NCBI GenBank assembly: GCA_951406725.2
Contig: OX597816.1
Coordinates: forward strand, 156,488,001-156,552,000
From: Octopus vulgaris
Taxonomy: Eukaryota
DNA: 64,000 nucleotides
Direction of reading: 5' to 3'
Shown here: positions 1 to 13,574 of the stretch, one piece after another
Layout: every line of letters begins with the position of its first letter
Numbering within the stretch: the first letter of the stretch is position 1
The notes under the pieces: model-generated
The model's input: only the letters and a program-made list of their open reading frames with translations
What the model was told of the DNA's origin: nothing
Databases searched by the model: none
Translations under genes and position numbers: made by a program

Positions 1-235
1 AGAAAGAGGGGAGGGGAAGGGGGAGAGGAGAGGATGGGGAGAAGGAAGGGGATGAGGGGGATGAAGGAGGAAAGAGGGAGAGGGGGGAGAGAGAAGGGGA
101 GAGAGGGAGTGAGGGAGCAGAGGGAAGGGGAAGAGGGAGGGAGAAAGAGGGAAGAAGGGAAGGGGAGTAGGGGTTAGTGGAAGTGAAGTGGAGGGCTGGA
201 TGGAAAGATTAGACGAAAGAGAGGAAGGAATCTAG
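1..235. repeat. Purine-rich (G/A) low-complexity tract
   Basis: Almost only G and A for about 200 nt. Confidence 0.85.
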
Positions 236-287
236 ATGTTCGCGGGAGAGTGAGGTGGCACCGATAATGTCGTCAATATAACGACCA

Positions 288-512
288 TAGGCGTGTGTGT
301 GTCTGTGTTTGTCCCCCTAGCATTGCTTGACAACCGATGCTGGTGTGTTTATGTCCCCGTTACTTAGCGGTTCGGCAAAAGAGACCGATAGAATAAGTGC
401 TGGGCTTAGAAAATAATAAGTCTCGGGGTCGAGTTGCTCGATTAAAGGCGGTGCTCCAGTATGGCCACAGTCACATGACTGAAACAAGTAAAAGAGTAAA
501 AGAGTAAAAGAT
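288..512 (+). mobile_element. SINE 3' half (family C); tail resembles the CR1-like LINE 3' end
   Basis: Ends ggcggtgctccagtatggccacagtcacatgactgaaacaagtaaaagagtaaaagag. Related pieces at ~3770-3950, 6100-6300, 20090-20620, 33830-34000 and 53850-54095. Confidence 0.7.
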
Positions 513-781
513 TATAGTACTACATAAGATTTCCCTGTTTTCATTATCATTGGTCTGCTAGTGCCCGGTCCCCTTAATTTTTAGCTAACATCTTGATACA
601 CAATCATACATATATATATATATACATATATACATGTATACGACGGGCTTCTTTCAGTTTCCGTCTACCATATCCACTCACCAGAAAATGCACATAATGT
701 ATAGGTTAAGTTTAAGTGGTCAGTAATATTTACTGCACTTGTGGTGCTTCTATTTCATATTTGAATATATATATATGTATG

Positions 782-837
<56 letters not shown>

Positions 838-838
<1 letters not shown>

Positions 839-1216
839 TAGCTGAAGGTGACCCGCTCTACGCGCGGGTAAGAGCGTGGTTGTTACTTTCTGTTGCTTCC
901 TTTCAGCACGTAAAAAGCACCATCCGAACGTGGCCGATTGCAGCGCCGCCTTGACTTGCTTCAGTGCCGGTGGCACGTAAAATGCACCAACCGATCGTTG
1001 CCGCTGCGAGACCCCCTGGCACCTGTGCCGGCGGCACGAAAAAAGCACCCACTACACTCACAGAGTGGTTGGCGTTAGGAAGATCATCCACCTGTAGAAA
1101 CACTGCCAGATCAGACTGGAGCCTGGTGCAACCTCCTGGCTTCCCAGACCCCGGTCACACTGTCCAAACCGTGCTAGCACGGAAAACGGACGTTAAACGA
1201 TGATGATGATGATGAT
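838..1216 (+). mobile_element. 3' UTR fragment of an RTE-type LINE (or derived SINE) with (TGA)n tail
   Basis: Ends cggacgttaaacga(tga)n. A similar tail in reverse complement lies at ~22705-22760, at the end of the RTE-like LINE 22700-24900. Confidence 0.6.
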
Positions 1217-1534
1217 TCTTCGTCTTTGTTTCTCTCTCCTTTCTCTCTCACTTTCCCACTCTCTTACTTTTCTTTTCTCTCGAACTCTCCCTCGCTTTCT
1301 CTTACTCTCTATCTTTATGTATCTCTCTCCCATTTATAAACAACAGAAGATCTTGCGTAAGTTGAGAAATAAAATATTTAGAAAGATCAATCATAAATAT
1401 CAGGCAGTGGCAACGGAAAGGTCTGCTTCAAGGCAGACAGCAAAACGTTAACATTTAAAAGGGACAGACGAACTTGCGAGCTGAATAAAAATAATAAAAT
1501 ATTGGAAACCAAAGTTTGAAGGGATAGAATCTGA

Positions 1535-1790
1535 GGATAGTAGATCACCATGGCTGGCATTTCTTAACGACGGACAACAACGTATTGACAGTTTAACGGC
1601 TGGCGTAAATTTTTGAACTTGATGTAAAAGAAAATTCGTCAACACCAAGTTTTGAAGTGATTCTTTCTCACGACAGTAGACTCACCATGGCAAACATTCA
1701 AAACTTCTTTATCATGGACGGCAACACATTGACGATTAAAAGGCTGGCGCAAATTTTTTAGCTTGATGTAACAGAGAATTCCTAAACACC
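1535..1790. repeat. Two diverged tandem ~140-bp units
   Basis: tagatcaccatggc...ggctggcgtaaattttt...ttgatgtaa...aacacc occurs at ~1540-1646 and ~1676-1790. Confidence 0.6.
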
Positions 1791-2027
1791 CGCTCCTTGA
1801 AATTCTAATCCCCTTCCAGCCCCATTTAGACCCCTTTTCACATTTTGGTTAATATAACCCGATTTCATTCGGGTCTACTGGGGCCACATTTTATAAGATG
1901 AGGAATTTTGTCCTAGAGGTGACGCCTTTCATTTGAGGGAAAAAAATAGTGGTCATGCAAACTTGCCAGCACTTTTAACATAGGTGTGCATATTTTCAGC
2001 TGAATCGACCGACTACGTAATGCACAC

Positions 2028-2141
<114 letters not shown>

Positions 2142-2939
2142 CACGCATTATGTATACAAATGTATACAAATGAGATATATATCTGTATAAATTAAATTAG
2201 AGATAAAACCACTAATAGGCAAATCAAACAGTGAAAAACCAAAAACAAAAACATTTAAAAAAATATAATATAGAAAATATCGAAAATATAAAATTGAAAA
2301 ATTTAAATTATTTAAATTGAAAATAAAAATTATTAAATTATATTTATAATTTGTTTTAAAATATATATAACTATGAAAAAGTATAATATACATAAATACA
2401 GATATATACACTTTGTATATATACATTATATATACATATTTATATATAGAACACACACACACACACTCATACATTATATATACATATTTATATATAGAAC
2501 ACACACACATACATATAAATGAACGCAAGAATATTTGTTCTTATGCTCGTGTGTTGTTGGTGACAGACAGATACTTAAAAGAACGCCGCCGATGTGATGG
2601 GAAGGTAGGAAACAGAGTCAGTGAAAAAGAGAGGAAATGGCGAGAGTGACAGATACTTTAAATAACGGTAGTGGATTTCTCAAAGTTATATATGAAGGGG
2701 AGTAAGAGAGGGAAAGGAGGAAATAGCGTGAGTGAGGAAGATGGCCCCTAGCAACCACACCTTTTAAGATAGGGATTTCTAAGGTAGCCCACGAGCATCG
2801 TCACCTCATTCTACATGTCCCTATAAATTGTGGAGCGAATCGGACGGGATGTAGTGGCATTGAAAGCGATCCAAGCGGTAAAAACGCATTTCAGTTATAT
2901 ATATATATATAAAAAAAAAATATATATATATATATATGC

Positions 2940-3290
2940 AAGACACACTTGAGTTTTGTATATGTAAACCTAGCGTCTTCAAACACTTTCACTCCACTCC
3001 AAACTTTTATTCGCGATCCAGCTCGATCCGAAACAAACGTCACTATTGTCTTTGGATCCATTCTTGGTAGTCCTTATGCCGTCCTTAAACCTCTTTTTAG
3101 GTTTACACCCATTGCGTTTCCGCTCTGCAAGCTCGGCATAGAACAGGTGTTTGTGTGTACGTTCATCCATTATTCAAACATGGAGGACATATGTCCCCAG
3201 CCTTTTGTACAACTACTCTGAAATGCGGTCAACCCACAATGTCAAAATCCTGAGACAGTTCAGCTGTTCTACACCAGAAAGAATTCCTCA
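2940..3290 (-). mobile_element. RTE-clade LINE ORF C-terminal remnant
   Basis: MDERTHKHLFYAELAERKRNGCKPKKRFKD resembles the RTE C-terminal M.D.R.PK.L.YGEL..GKR..G...KR.KD pattern. Confidence 0.6.
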
Positions 3291-3299
3291 GTGAAACAA

Positions 3300-3700
3300 C
3301 TGAGCTGTGGGATATACTGGAAGAGTTACGAGTCTACTTCCAGGAGTTAAATCGGAGGCATGCCAAGATATATGCCTGGAAGATCTTGACTGATTTGGCA
3401 CCAAACTTTGACATCGAAAGTACCAGCCGCTGAACTGGACTAGTGTGAGGGCAGGTACTGCAATAGATTGGGATCCAAACGCAAATAACCATTCAATATC
3501 TTACCAATGAATCAGAGAGATCTATCTGAAGTGGGGGTAGATGTTTTCAAGGAACAACTTAACCTCCTGTATGAAAAACTCAAAAGAAGTTAGCAATATC
3601 GATTTCACCAGAAGCCAATCACAAAAGACTGATCATTGAAATGGTGATAGTACAGGATATACTCCAGCATGTTGACAAAGTTTGGGCTGAAATGCATCAA
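3300..3700 (+). mobile_element. Degenerate CR1-like LINE 3' fragment
   Basis: tgccaagatatatgcctggaagatctt...aactttgacatcgaaagt aligns with 30440-30505. Confidence 0.5.
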
Positions 3701-4409
3701 TGAATAGAAGAACATATATGTGTGTGTGTGTTTATATATTATATGTGTGTGTGTAGGTGTGTCTGTCTGTGTCTGTGTACTTTCTGTCCTCCACTACTGC
3801 TTGGCAACCGGTGTTAGTTTGTTTACGACCCCGGTTCGACTAAAGAGAACGATGCAACAAATAAAAAAAAACAATAAGTATTGACTAAAATCTTCAAGGT
3901 GGAATCCCAGCGTGGCTGCAGTCTAATGACTGTTACAAATGAAAGGAACATAGTAATGCGAAGAACTATATAGAGTCAATGATGTTGACTCGTGTACAAG
4001 GGAAGATGATGATGGTGTGGAGGTGGGGATGATTATAATGATGAAAATGGTGTTGGTAATGGTGGTACTGGTATTCGTTGTTGTGGTGGTGGTGTTTGGA
4101 GGCGTTGGTGCTGCTACTGCTGTTACTGCTACAACCGTTGTTGCTGCTGCTGCTGTTTTGTCCTCCAGCATACTCTCCCAGTTTTAATGTTAATCATTGG
4201 AATTTTACTTCAACTTTCTCTTCGCCGTCACTACCATCACCATGACCGCCACCGCTACCATCACTACCACCACCAACACCACGCATCACCACCACCACCA
4301 TCACCATCAACAGCAGTAAGAACGACAACAACAACATCCCCAGCAGCACTATGATTATCCCCATACCCATGCTGTGGTGGTGGTGGTGGTGGTGGTGGCG
4401 GTGATGATG

Positions 4410-4441
<32 letters not shown>

Positions 4442-5363
4442 GATAATGATGACAAAAAATGATGATGAAAAAAATAGTGATGATGATAAAAAATAGTACA
4501 ACGTACACGCGCTGAATCACCACACCTTACAGTCGTCTTAAAAAAGATAAAAGACAACCTGGATAATGTAGTCTAGTTGTAGAAATATAATCATAGAAAC
4601 ATTGTAATCCAAGTTGTGTTTAATCCGATAGTCTAGGTTGATGTCTGCTTTAGCCTGGTAATCCACTGAAAATATTGTTTCTTCTGTTAGTCTTAAATAC
4701 ACGGTGCTTGGATACGGTTGGATGCTTTTCATAATAGGTTTAACCAGACCTGGGACTAAGCGACAAAACACCTGCTAGTGTTTAGGTTTTAGTAGCGGAA
4801 GTGGTTTATTTTTCCTTTTCTTTCTCGGCCCCTAAGACTCACAAAGCCGGTTACCCGGATTACATGACGTTTAAGTAAGAGAGAACAAGAAATTCTCGCA
4901 GAACAGGACGCCGGTCCGTTGAAGGTTTCAATGCCAGTAATTCTAAGATGAAGGGACATTTGATAAATTAGATTGGTTTCGGCTATTATCGGCCCAGGTC
5001 ATGACTAACTCAATAGCACCACCTGGAAAAGTTTTTTAGTTAATTATTTCAGGACACCATGAATCACTCAAGCAGAGAGTTGTTGTTGGTTGAGACGTGT
5101 AGGTGGTTTATCCTGTATTTCCTGGAGGAATTTATCCAGGAACCGTTTGAACGTTGTGGGGTCTTTTTCTATTTTAATTTCTTTTAGAATAACATTGAAA
5201 AAGAGAAGGACCATATATATATATATATATATATATGCCTTTCATCGTTCTGGTGTCACTGAAATAAATACCGGTTGCGCACTATGTTCGATGTAATGGA
5301 CTTAACTCTTCCCAAAATTTCAGGCCTTGTGCCTATAATAGAAAGGTCTACTATTATTGTTAT

Positions 5364-5782
5364 GATCTGGCATGGTTGTAAGCACACCGCGCAAAATGCT
5401 TAGTGGTATTTCTCCGTCGCTACGTTCTGAGTTCAAATTCCGCCGAGCTCGACTTTGCTTTTCATCCTTTCGGAGTCGGTAAATTAAATAGCAGTGAAAC
5501 ACCGGGGTCGATGTGATCGACTAGTCCCCTTCCACAAAATTTCAGGCCTGGTGCCTCCATTAGAAAGGATTATTATGAGCTGGCAGTAGTCCTAACACGC
5601 CGGGCAAACAGCTTAGCGATATCTCGTCCACCTTTACCTTCTGATTTTAAATTCCACAGAGGTCTACTTTGCCTTTCATTCTACCGGAGTCGATAAGATA
5701 AATACTAGTTGAACACTGCGGTAAATGTAATCGACTTACACCCCTCCCCATCGAATTTGCTGGCCTTGTACAAAAATTTGAA
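5364..5782 (+). mobile_element. Two tandem copies of tRNA-derived SINE family A
   Basis: B-box-like gagttcaaattcc plus core cgactttgc(c)tttcatcctttcggagtcg, as in the other family A copies. Confidence 0.75.
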
Positions 5783-5948
5783 GATATTTTTTTAAAATTA
5801 ATCTAAAATTTAAGATTTTTCAGCATATATAGGCGTGTTTAGGAAACTCTTTTGCATCTACAAGTTGCGCAACAACTTGAGCAAGCCCCGGGCCGAGTAA
5901 TGCCTTGTGAGAAAATTTTATATGCGAAAATGTATGGAAGTCCGTCGT

Positions 5949-5997
<49 letters not shown>

Positions 5998-6698
5998 TAA
6001 ATATAAAAATATAAACTGATAAAAATATAGACTGCTCTATTTCTTAGAATGTGGTTCTTCCCCGGATTTATGCTTTTGTAATAACGATATATATAGAAAG
6101 AGAGAGAGTTGTTTGTATATATATGTGTGTATGTGTTTGTTGTGTCTTTATGCTTATGTTTGCCTCTCCCCCAATACCACCACCACCATGATAACCACTG
6201 TTGTTTTGTTTGCATCCCCGTAACGAGGGCCGACCAAATAAGTCCCAAACTTGAAACTATAAATACTGAATGTCCTTTTGTTCGAAGAGACTGAGACAAG
6301 TAAAACATTTTTTAAAAAATGTAATATTAAAATGATTATAGTAAGCGGTCGGAACTGTCCCGGGACTGAAACCACGAATTACATCAACAATGTTCTTATT
6401 CAAAATAATATATACTTCCGCATTTAAAATGTTATTTACTACTTCTTTAGGCAAAGAAGAAAGGTGATGCCGTCATCCTATGATAATCTACTCTCTAACA
6501 CAAATGTGATCTTGTGAGTCTTTGATACCATTCAGTTATTTAACTGTTTAGATATTTATCAGAAGTGAGGTTACAATGAATAGAGTTAATTACCTCACAC
6601 AGTAATGTCAGAGATAATTATTAGTGCATGATCAGATGTATTGATTGCCAGCGGTGGTGCTACGATAATGATGATGGTTATAGTAGTAGTAGTAGTAA

Positions 6699-6772
<74 letters not shown>

Positions 6773-6905
6773 ACTGCCGTTGTACTTGATGTTCATGTTC
6801 ATACTGTCATTCTTTGCAGTATTGTTGAGCTATGCTACTTCTGCCTGTCTGTCTGACTGTCTCTCTACTTTATTACTAATCTTTTTGTTTCTCTTTGTGT
6901 GTGTG

Positions 6906-6937
<32 letters not shown>

Positions 6938-6959
6938 TGTATGTATGTATGTATGTATG

Positions 6960-7021
<62 letters not shown>

Positions 7022-7084
7022 AATATATATATATATATATATATACATGCACATGTGTGTATATGTATATATATTACTCTTTTA

Positions 7085-8044
7085 CTATTTTACTCGTTTC
7101 AGCCATGCGGCCGTGGTCATGCTGGAGCACCACCATGGTCTTTCTGACTTCCTCAGACTTGGTGTTTCACATCACCACTCCTGTATGTGCCTTTGTTCCA
7201 GCTGTTAGTACATTTGATATATAAGTTTCATTCCGCTACCCTCGTCTGTACCTCATGTCGGGCTGTTGGTTCATCTGGTATTGCGGAGGGGAGGATGTCT
7301 AGTTCCTTTTAGAAGACACCTACTTCCACCTTGTTCAAATATCTTAATTCTTGTGGCAGGGTATTGAAGAGCTGTGGGCCTTTGAACGCTTGACTATTGC
7401 AGTACCTGGTCCTGAATTTAGATGGAGTAGATGGTACCTTTGGTACAATACAATGGCGGCAACCTCTGGCATTTGCATAACACTAAAATGCCAAAGGTAG
7501 GTACTAGCCCTTCTAGGATATTCCATATGTATATTATTGCATATCTCTCACGCCATCGCTCCAGGGAAGTATGGCTGTTGTTTTCTCAGCCTATCCCTGT
7601 AGCTCATCCGCTGCACTGTTTTAATTTTTTAATGTAGTGATGTTGGATTGCTTCGAGCTCCGTAGTTAGTTTGGCAATATGTGGTGACCATAACTGGGAG
7701 CAGTCGTCTCGGCGACTGAGAAGAAAGGTTCTCCACAGGGTCAACATAGTTTCTTGGTCTCTTATCTTGAAGGACATCAGAACCCACTCTGCCAGGTGTC
7801 TGCACTTCGCTGCCATCTTGCTAATGTGCATATGAAATGATGGGTCATTGCACATAGTGATCCCCAGGTCTTTCACTGCCTGCGACTCCGGGAATGTAGT
7901 GACTTCGGGTCCAGTAAATATAGATTGTACTGTATTCGTTAGTTGATAGTGCTCTGCTTGAAATTTTCCAACGTTAAACTGCATATTGTTTATTTCCTGG
8001 TGGCCAGGAAGATGTCCAAGTGCTGTTAGATCATGTGAACTCAA
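7085..8044 (-). mobile_element. CR1-like LINE 3' fragment (RT C-terminus to tail), decayed
   Basis: Translation MQFNVGKFQ...VKDLGI...DDCSQLWSPH...LEAIQ, continuing to ERWRERYAI. Homologous to 30255-30870. Confidence 0.75.
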
Positions 8045-8747
8045 TAAAGCTATCCATACAGTGTAAAGAGAGGGATTGCTCAGTGTCTAAAACATCGCGC
8101 GCAAAGTAGCGATCGTAATACCCACTATGAAGAAATGATCAAGCTCAGTAACAATCTATTAAGCAACAACTACCCCAAAATATAGTACCCACTCCAATTA
8201 TAAAGAAAAGAGAGTATGAAACCAATAACTTGTCTACAGTCTGTCTACTCTATGTGAAAGACCTCTCCGAAAACATACAAAAGATATGCTGCCCATATGA
8301 CATCAGGACAGTATTCAAGAATAATACATCACTTCGCAAATATCTCCTTCGAGTAAAACCACCAACAGAAGAGAATATGACTAAAAATTGCATGTACTCC
8401 ATTTCATGCAGCTGTGGTAGGTTATACAAAGGCGAAACATACCACCCCCTCAAAATAAAGGTAAAGGAACATCGCAAAGCTGTGACATGAGGAGATATTG
8501 ATAAATCGTGTATAGCTGATCATGTATGGAAAAATGAAGACCCCCCCCCCACTGTGGGATGAAATTAAAATAATAGATAGAAAACACCACTGGAAAATAC
8601 GAAAACTAAAAGAAGCAGCACATATGCTAGGACACAAGAACCTCCTAAGCAGGCAGAGTGCAGATATGAATAGCATATGGGAACCGGTATTAAGCAAGGA
8701 TAGGAAAATATAAGATTTATAAGCCCTAAAATTTACTCCATAATTGC

Positions 8748-8812
8748 TCCCGTAGTGGTTAAGTGCGCGGGCTACTAACCCCCAAGATTCCGAATTCGAT
8801 TCCAGGCAGTTA
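8748..8812 (+). promoter_or_regulatory. tRNA-like module (A box/B box) in PLE 3' UTR
   Basis: cgtagtggttaag (A-box-like), anticodon-arm-like ggg-ctactaa-ccc, gaattcgattcc (B-box-like). Also present in the second copy at 57568-57632 (-). Confidence 0.55.
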
Positions 8813-8817
<5 letters not shown>

Positions 8818-8898
<81 letters not shown>

Positions 8899-8942
8899 GT
8901 AATGAGAAGAAGAAGAAGAAGAAGAAGAAGAAGAAGAAGAAG

Positions 8943-8974
<32 letters not shown>

Positions 8975-9015
8975 GAAGAAGAGGAAGAAGAAGTAGAACA
9001 ACAACAACAACAACA
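8818..9015. repeat. Compound (AAT)n(AAG)n(AAC)n microsatellite inside the PLE 3' UTR
   Basis: Directly visible. Confidence 0.95.
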
Positions 9016-9797
9016 TAGAAAAATACCTTAGGAATGAGGACAAATATCCGTCAAATGTAAATAATGTGCGTCAATTCATTGCAGCTGTTTCCAGTGGGTT
9101 TCTTTTATAGATTAATGAATACATTACATCATAACTTGTACTCATTATTTTAGTTTCGTCCCCAGCTCCGACCCAAGTGTAATAAAGCTGATATAAAATA
9201 AAATAATATCTAATAGTATGAATGGCACGTTGATATACATATATTGCTAACTCAAGCATTTTCCTATAAGGTGAAAATAAAGTCGACTGCTGGGCTCCTT
9301 TCCTTTCTTCCACCACTAACAAGCTCACTAGCTGCCTTGAAGCTATATATCTTTTGAACGCCATACCAACTAACTGACCTCTTAATGTCATCATCCTAGC
9401 TGTGCTGTTTCTCTCATTCCAAGTCGACTTCGACTGTAATCAGGTTCGGTTGGCCCACTGTGGTAAAATGCTCTTCTTATATTGTTTTGTATCATCCGAT
9501 GAAATCGGTTTTGTTTTAGTTACGTTGTAATATACTCATTAATCTATTAAAGAAATCCGCTGTAAATGGTGGGCTTTTTCGAATTGCATTTCGGTGACAA
9601 TTGTAAATTTAACCGGAGTATATTCAATAATGAATTTTTATTCTGAATAAGCACGTTGTTACCGAAATGCAATTCGAAAAAGCCCGCCATTTACATAGAT
9701 GTGTAAGGGGTAAACATTCCTACATGCTGCTTTGGACACGATAGCTGTTTGCTTTGTATATTGTTTTTGTTTATTCATCGTATATCTTGAATTATGC

Positions 9798-9861
9798 TTG
9801 CACTGAAGAGTAAAAAGTGCATGATATTGGACCGATTACGAAATCACAATGTGATATGCGG
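9798..9861 (+). ncRNA. Type I hammerhead ribozyme, canonical core
   Basis: ttgca-CTGAAGA-gtaa...ttac-GAAA-tcaca.a.tgtga-TA-tgcgg. Stems I, II and III all pair. AUA site, predicted cleavage after 9856. Confidence 0.75.
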
Positions 9862-10396
9862 CTAAGTTCTGTTTTTAAATGACCTGCTTCGAGAATAGTT
9901 TCGGTACGATGTGTTTATGCATTTTAGTAGTTTTGACTTTAAGAGTCCCTCTTAGCGTGAGGCATCTATGTGTAATAGTGTCCTCTATATAATATAAATA
10001 AATAAATTTAAAAGAAAAAAAATTGATTTTTTCTCTGGGGACGTTTTCACGCTAACTACTTGGTAAATTCTTATGAAGAATTTATCCTATTTTTAAATTT
10101 TATATATATATATATATATATATACAAAAGTCGCCATACATATGAACAATTTATTATTTTTTTAAAGAAGAAAACAGTTTATAAGAACGTTTTATTTATT
10201 CAACAGGCCCTATATGGTTACCATTGTCTTCACTAAACTTTGCAATACGTTTACCCTACTCATTGTGAATTCATAATAGCACTTGATAGCTATTGTTGTT
10301 GATACATGGAGACATATATATATATACATACATACATACATACACACATACATATATATATACATACATACATACATACATACACACATATATATA

Positions 10397-10473
<77 letters not shown>

Positions 10474-10694
10474 AGGATACGTGAATTTTTATTGATCATT
10501 ACAATTCTTTCCTCGCATCTGACACTGATCTCTCGCGGGATTCTGAACATCTGGTTTAGGTGTATGTCTCTGTGTAGATGTGTTTTATCGGGTGATTTCG
10601 ATAGGTATCACGTTAAAATAAACTCTACTTCGCAACATTTTTTCTTGTTCTTCGTATATAGAAGTGGCAAATTAAGGGATGTGTGCGTGTGTGT

Positions 10695-10729
<35 letters not shown>

Positions 10730-10920
10730 CCCATATGCAATTTAACATGTCCAAACGTTGCCTAGCATGCATTTCGCTCTCTTCCTTTTTTGTCTGTTCT
10801 TCGTCTGTTTTCTTCATTCATCTCTTGGATCCCAAATGCCAAATACTTTCTGCCATTTTTCCACGGCGTCAAACAAATATACTGTTTGTTATTCATTAAC
10901 CACTCTGTGTTTATAGAACT

Positions 10921-11049
<129 letters not shown>

Positions 11050-11227
11050 TACATACATTTATATATGTATAAATACATACATTTATATATATATACATAC
11101 ATATATATATGTATATAATAACATGTATATACACACATGCACACACAAAAGAAATTTTATCCACTAATGAGGTGTTGAAAACTCTCATATATAAACACAC
11201 ACACAAGCTAACACATTCACACATATA

Positions 11228-11425
11228 TTGAAAACAAGGAGGCAGACAGAATTTTGGGTAATTTTGGATAATTAGCGCTTTCGTTCGTTTACTGAGCTGT
11301 TCAAGGCAAGAATTAAAACTAAAACCGTTTTGATTTTAATTTTTTATCTTGAAGAGTTCGGTGAAACGAACGAAAACGCTAATAAGGAATTATCCAAAAT
11401 TCTCACTGCTTCGTTTTTTTTTCAA
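11228..11425. repeat. ~200-bp imperfect palindrome with an HHR-like motif in each arm
   Basis: Arms mirror around ~11325. Right arm: ttat-CTTGAAGA-gttcg...cgaac-GAAA-acgc-TA-ataa. Left arm (reverse complement): GAAA-gcgc-TA. Confidence 0.6.
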
Positions 11426-11453
11426 TATACAATATCGGTGTACCACTTGAAGC

Positions 11454-11509
<56 letters not shown>

Positions 11510-11685
11510 CGTATATAATCTGAAGAAAGATTTGACAATGAATTCGCTCATTTACGCCGACGATATTTTGCGTAATGTGGGCGTTCTAAGTATCAATAAA
11601 TACTTACAACTCTACATTCATCTGTGTATGTATAAATACATATATGCATATATAATATAAATATAAATATAAGTACATATATATA

Positions 11686-11914
11686 CAGCTTTGACCAAAA
11701 TTTAGCAGACAATTAGCCAAAACTATTTACATCCAAGATATATTTATGTTTAACAACTGAATGCATTTAACAAAAAGCATCTAAATATGAAACACGATGA
11801 AAATCTTTCAAACTGAAGTCCTTCTTCAGCGACACATATTTGCATTCCAGTCAATACATAATTACAGATTTATGGAATTTTGATTTACTGTCGGATGACT
11901 TTTGGCCAACCCTG
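11686..11914. mobile_element. Tc1/mariner-type MITE
   Basis: Imperfect TIRs cagctttgaccaaaatttagcagaca / tgtcggatgacttttggccaaccctg, flanked by TA on both sides. Confidence 0.55.
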
Positions 11915-11923
11915 TATATATAT

Positions 11924-12014
<91 letters not shown>

Positions 12015-12097
12015 TATGCATGTATATACATACATATATATGTCTATATATAAACATATACGCATATACACATATGAATATATATATATTTATGTGT

Positions 12098-12143
<46 letters not shown>

Positions 12144-12154
12144 CAGTAATTAGA

Positions 12155-12507
12155 GGACATCATCAACGAGTGAAAAATCCGTAAACACATAATGAGAGAC
12201 AAGTACGGGACAAAATACCAAAAGAAGTCTAACCCCTTCTCAGTTGTCGACTGTTAATTTCTCCCTATGTCGAGCTTTCATCGACAAGATAGGAAACCTT
12301 CATAAAACAGCACTATCCAGAAATTTTGAACATGTATTATCTGTGGTGAGTGAGAGCTTCGAACGAACAAACAACGACAGATTAGACGCATTGAGTAAAC
12401 AATCGATGAAGAGGAACATTAAGGGCTGTTAGACTTCTTTTGGTATTTTGTTCCGTACTTGTTTTTCATTATGTGTTTTGTTATTTTTCATTCGTTGGTG
12501 ATGTCTT
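12155..12507. repeat. ~80-bp inverted repeats around a ~195-bp spacer, beside (TA)n
   Basis: ggacatcatcaacgagtgaaaaat...aaaataccaaaagaagtctaac vs gttagacttcttttggtatttt...ttcattcgttggtgatgtc. Confidence 0.75.
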
Positions 12508-12660
12508 GTACTTGATGTATTTTATATTTATCTATTTCTAAACGAACGCTACGCAGCTTTCTCCACATTTAGGTTTTACTTTTAAATATATATATATGTA
12601 TATACGAGTGGGTGGACAAACAACAGAAAGGCTCTCAACCGATTTATTGGGAGTTACATG

Positions 12661-12774
12661 TATGGATCAAAACAGTTCGATTGAAATTTGTTGGTACTCT
12701 TCAGTTTCAATTGTGATGCTAGTCGTCTAGCATCACGCTTTAAACTCAAGAGTAGCAACGCATTTTGATCCATA
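12661..12774. repeat. Small palindrome with HHR-core-like remnants
   Basis: tatggatcaaaa / ttttgatccata ends, central gtgatgctag-tcgt-ctagcatcac hairpin, CTGAAGA on the minus arm and CTCAAGA on the plus arm. Confidence 0.55.
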
Positions 12775-12916
12775 TATATATATATCAAAATAGTGTTAGA
12801 GATAGAAACACCCACAACCTGAACAGCTCCAAACTGTATTAACTCAACCAACCCATAAAATATTAGATATTATACTTACTATTTATGTTCATAATCCCAA
12901 ACTTTTTCCATATTAC

Positions 12917-13016
12917 GTACTACACGTGTTTCATGAGCGTACGTATGGTATTGTTAAGACACAAATTCTAATTCAAAAACTCATTGTGTTTACGCACTCC
13001 CAATCGTCAGGTCTAC
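12917..13016 (-). ncRNA. Type I hammerhead ribozyme with long stem II
   Basis: Minus strand gtagac-CTGACGA-ttgggagtgcgta...tacgtacgctcat-GAAA-cacgtg-TA-gtac. Palindromic stem III, GUA site, weak stem I. Confidence 0.65.
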
Positions 13017-13420
13017 TTTTCCCACACTTATAAATATAACTACTCCTTATATATCACTATGTTTGTCAAAATAGATACGAGTATATAAGTATAAATAAGT
13101 AAATAAATAAATTAATGAACCTTACAAATTTAAGACATAAAAATTTAAGGAATAACAATGGATATGAAATATGACTAAAAATTATGAATGAAAAAAATGT
13201 GAATAAATACGGATGGAAATTACGACTAGATATACGAACAGATTAATAAAGTAATATAATAAAAATAAAAATAGAAAGTAAAAAGTAAAAATTATGAACA
13301 AATCAAGTGCTAACTTACGTCTTTCAGTTTCTCTCATGAAAACTAAAATATGTCTCCATCTTCCTAAAACCGTTCAATCTATTCTAAAAAAATTCCGATA
13401 TTATTTGAGTTGAATCTATG

Positions 13421-13526
<106 letters not shown>

Positions 13527-13532
13527 TGTATG

Positions 13533-13574
<42 letters not shown>

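Larger units (their letters stand above)
8048..9066 (+). mobile_element. 5'-truncated Penelope-like element: GIY-YIG endonuclease pseudogene plus 3' UTR
   Basis: KRGIAQCLKHRA..., NCMYSISCSCGRLYKGET...EHRK, ADHVW, RKLKEA follow the PLE endonuclease pattern, with stops and frameshifts. Same family as 57420-58105. Confidence 0.85.

Noticed and set aside
8748-8812. Possible tRNA gene; the SINE heads at 33563 and 37343 were also considered
   Set aside because: No proper acceptor stem and embedded in mobile elements, so tRNA-derived rather than a tRNA.
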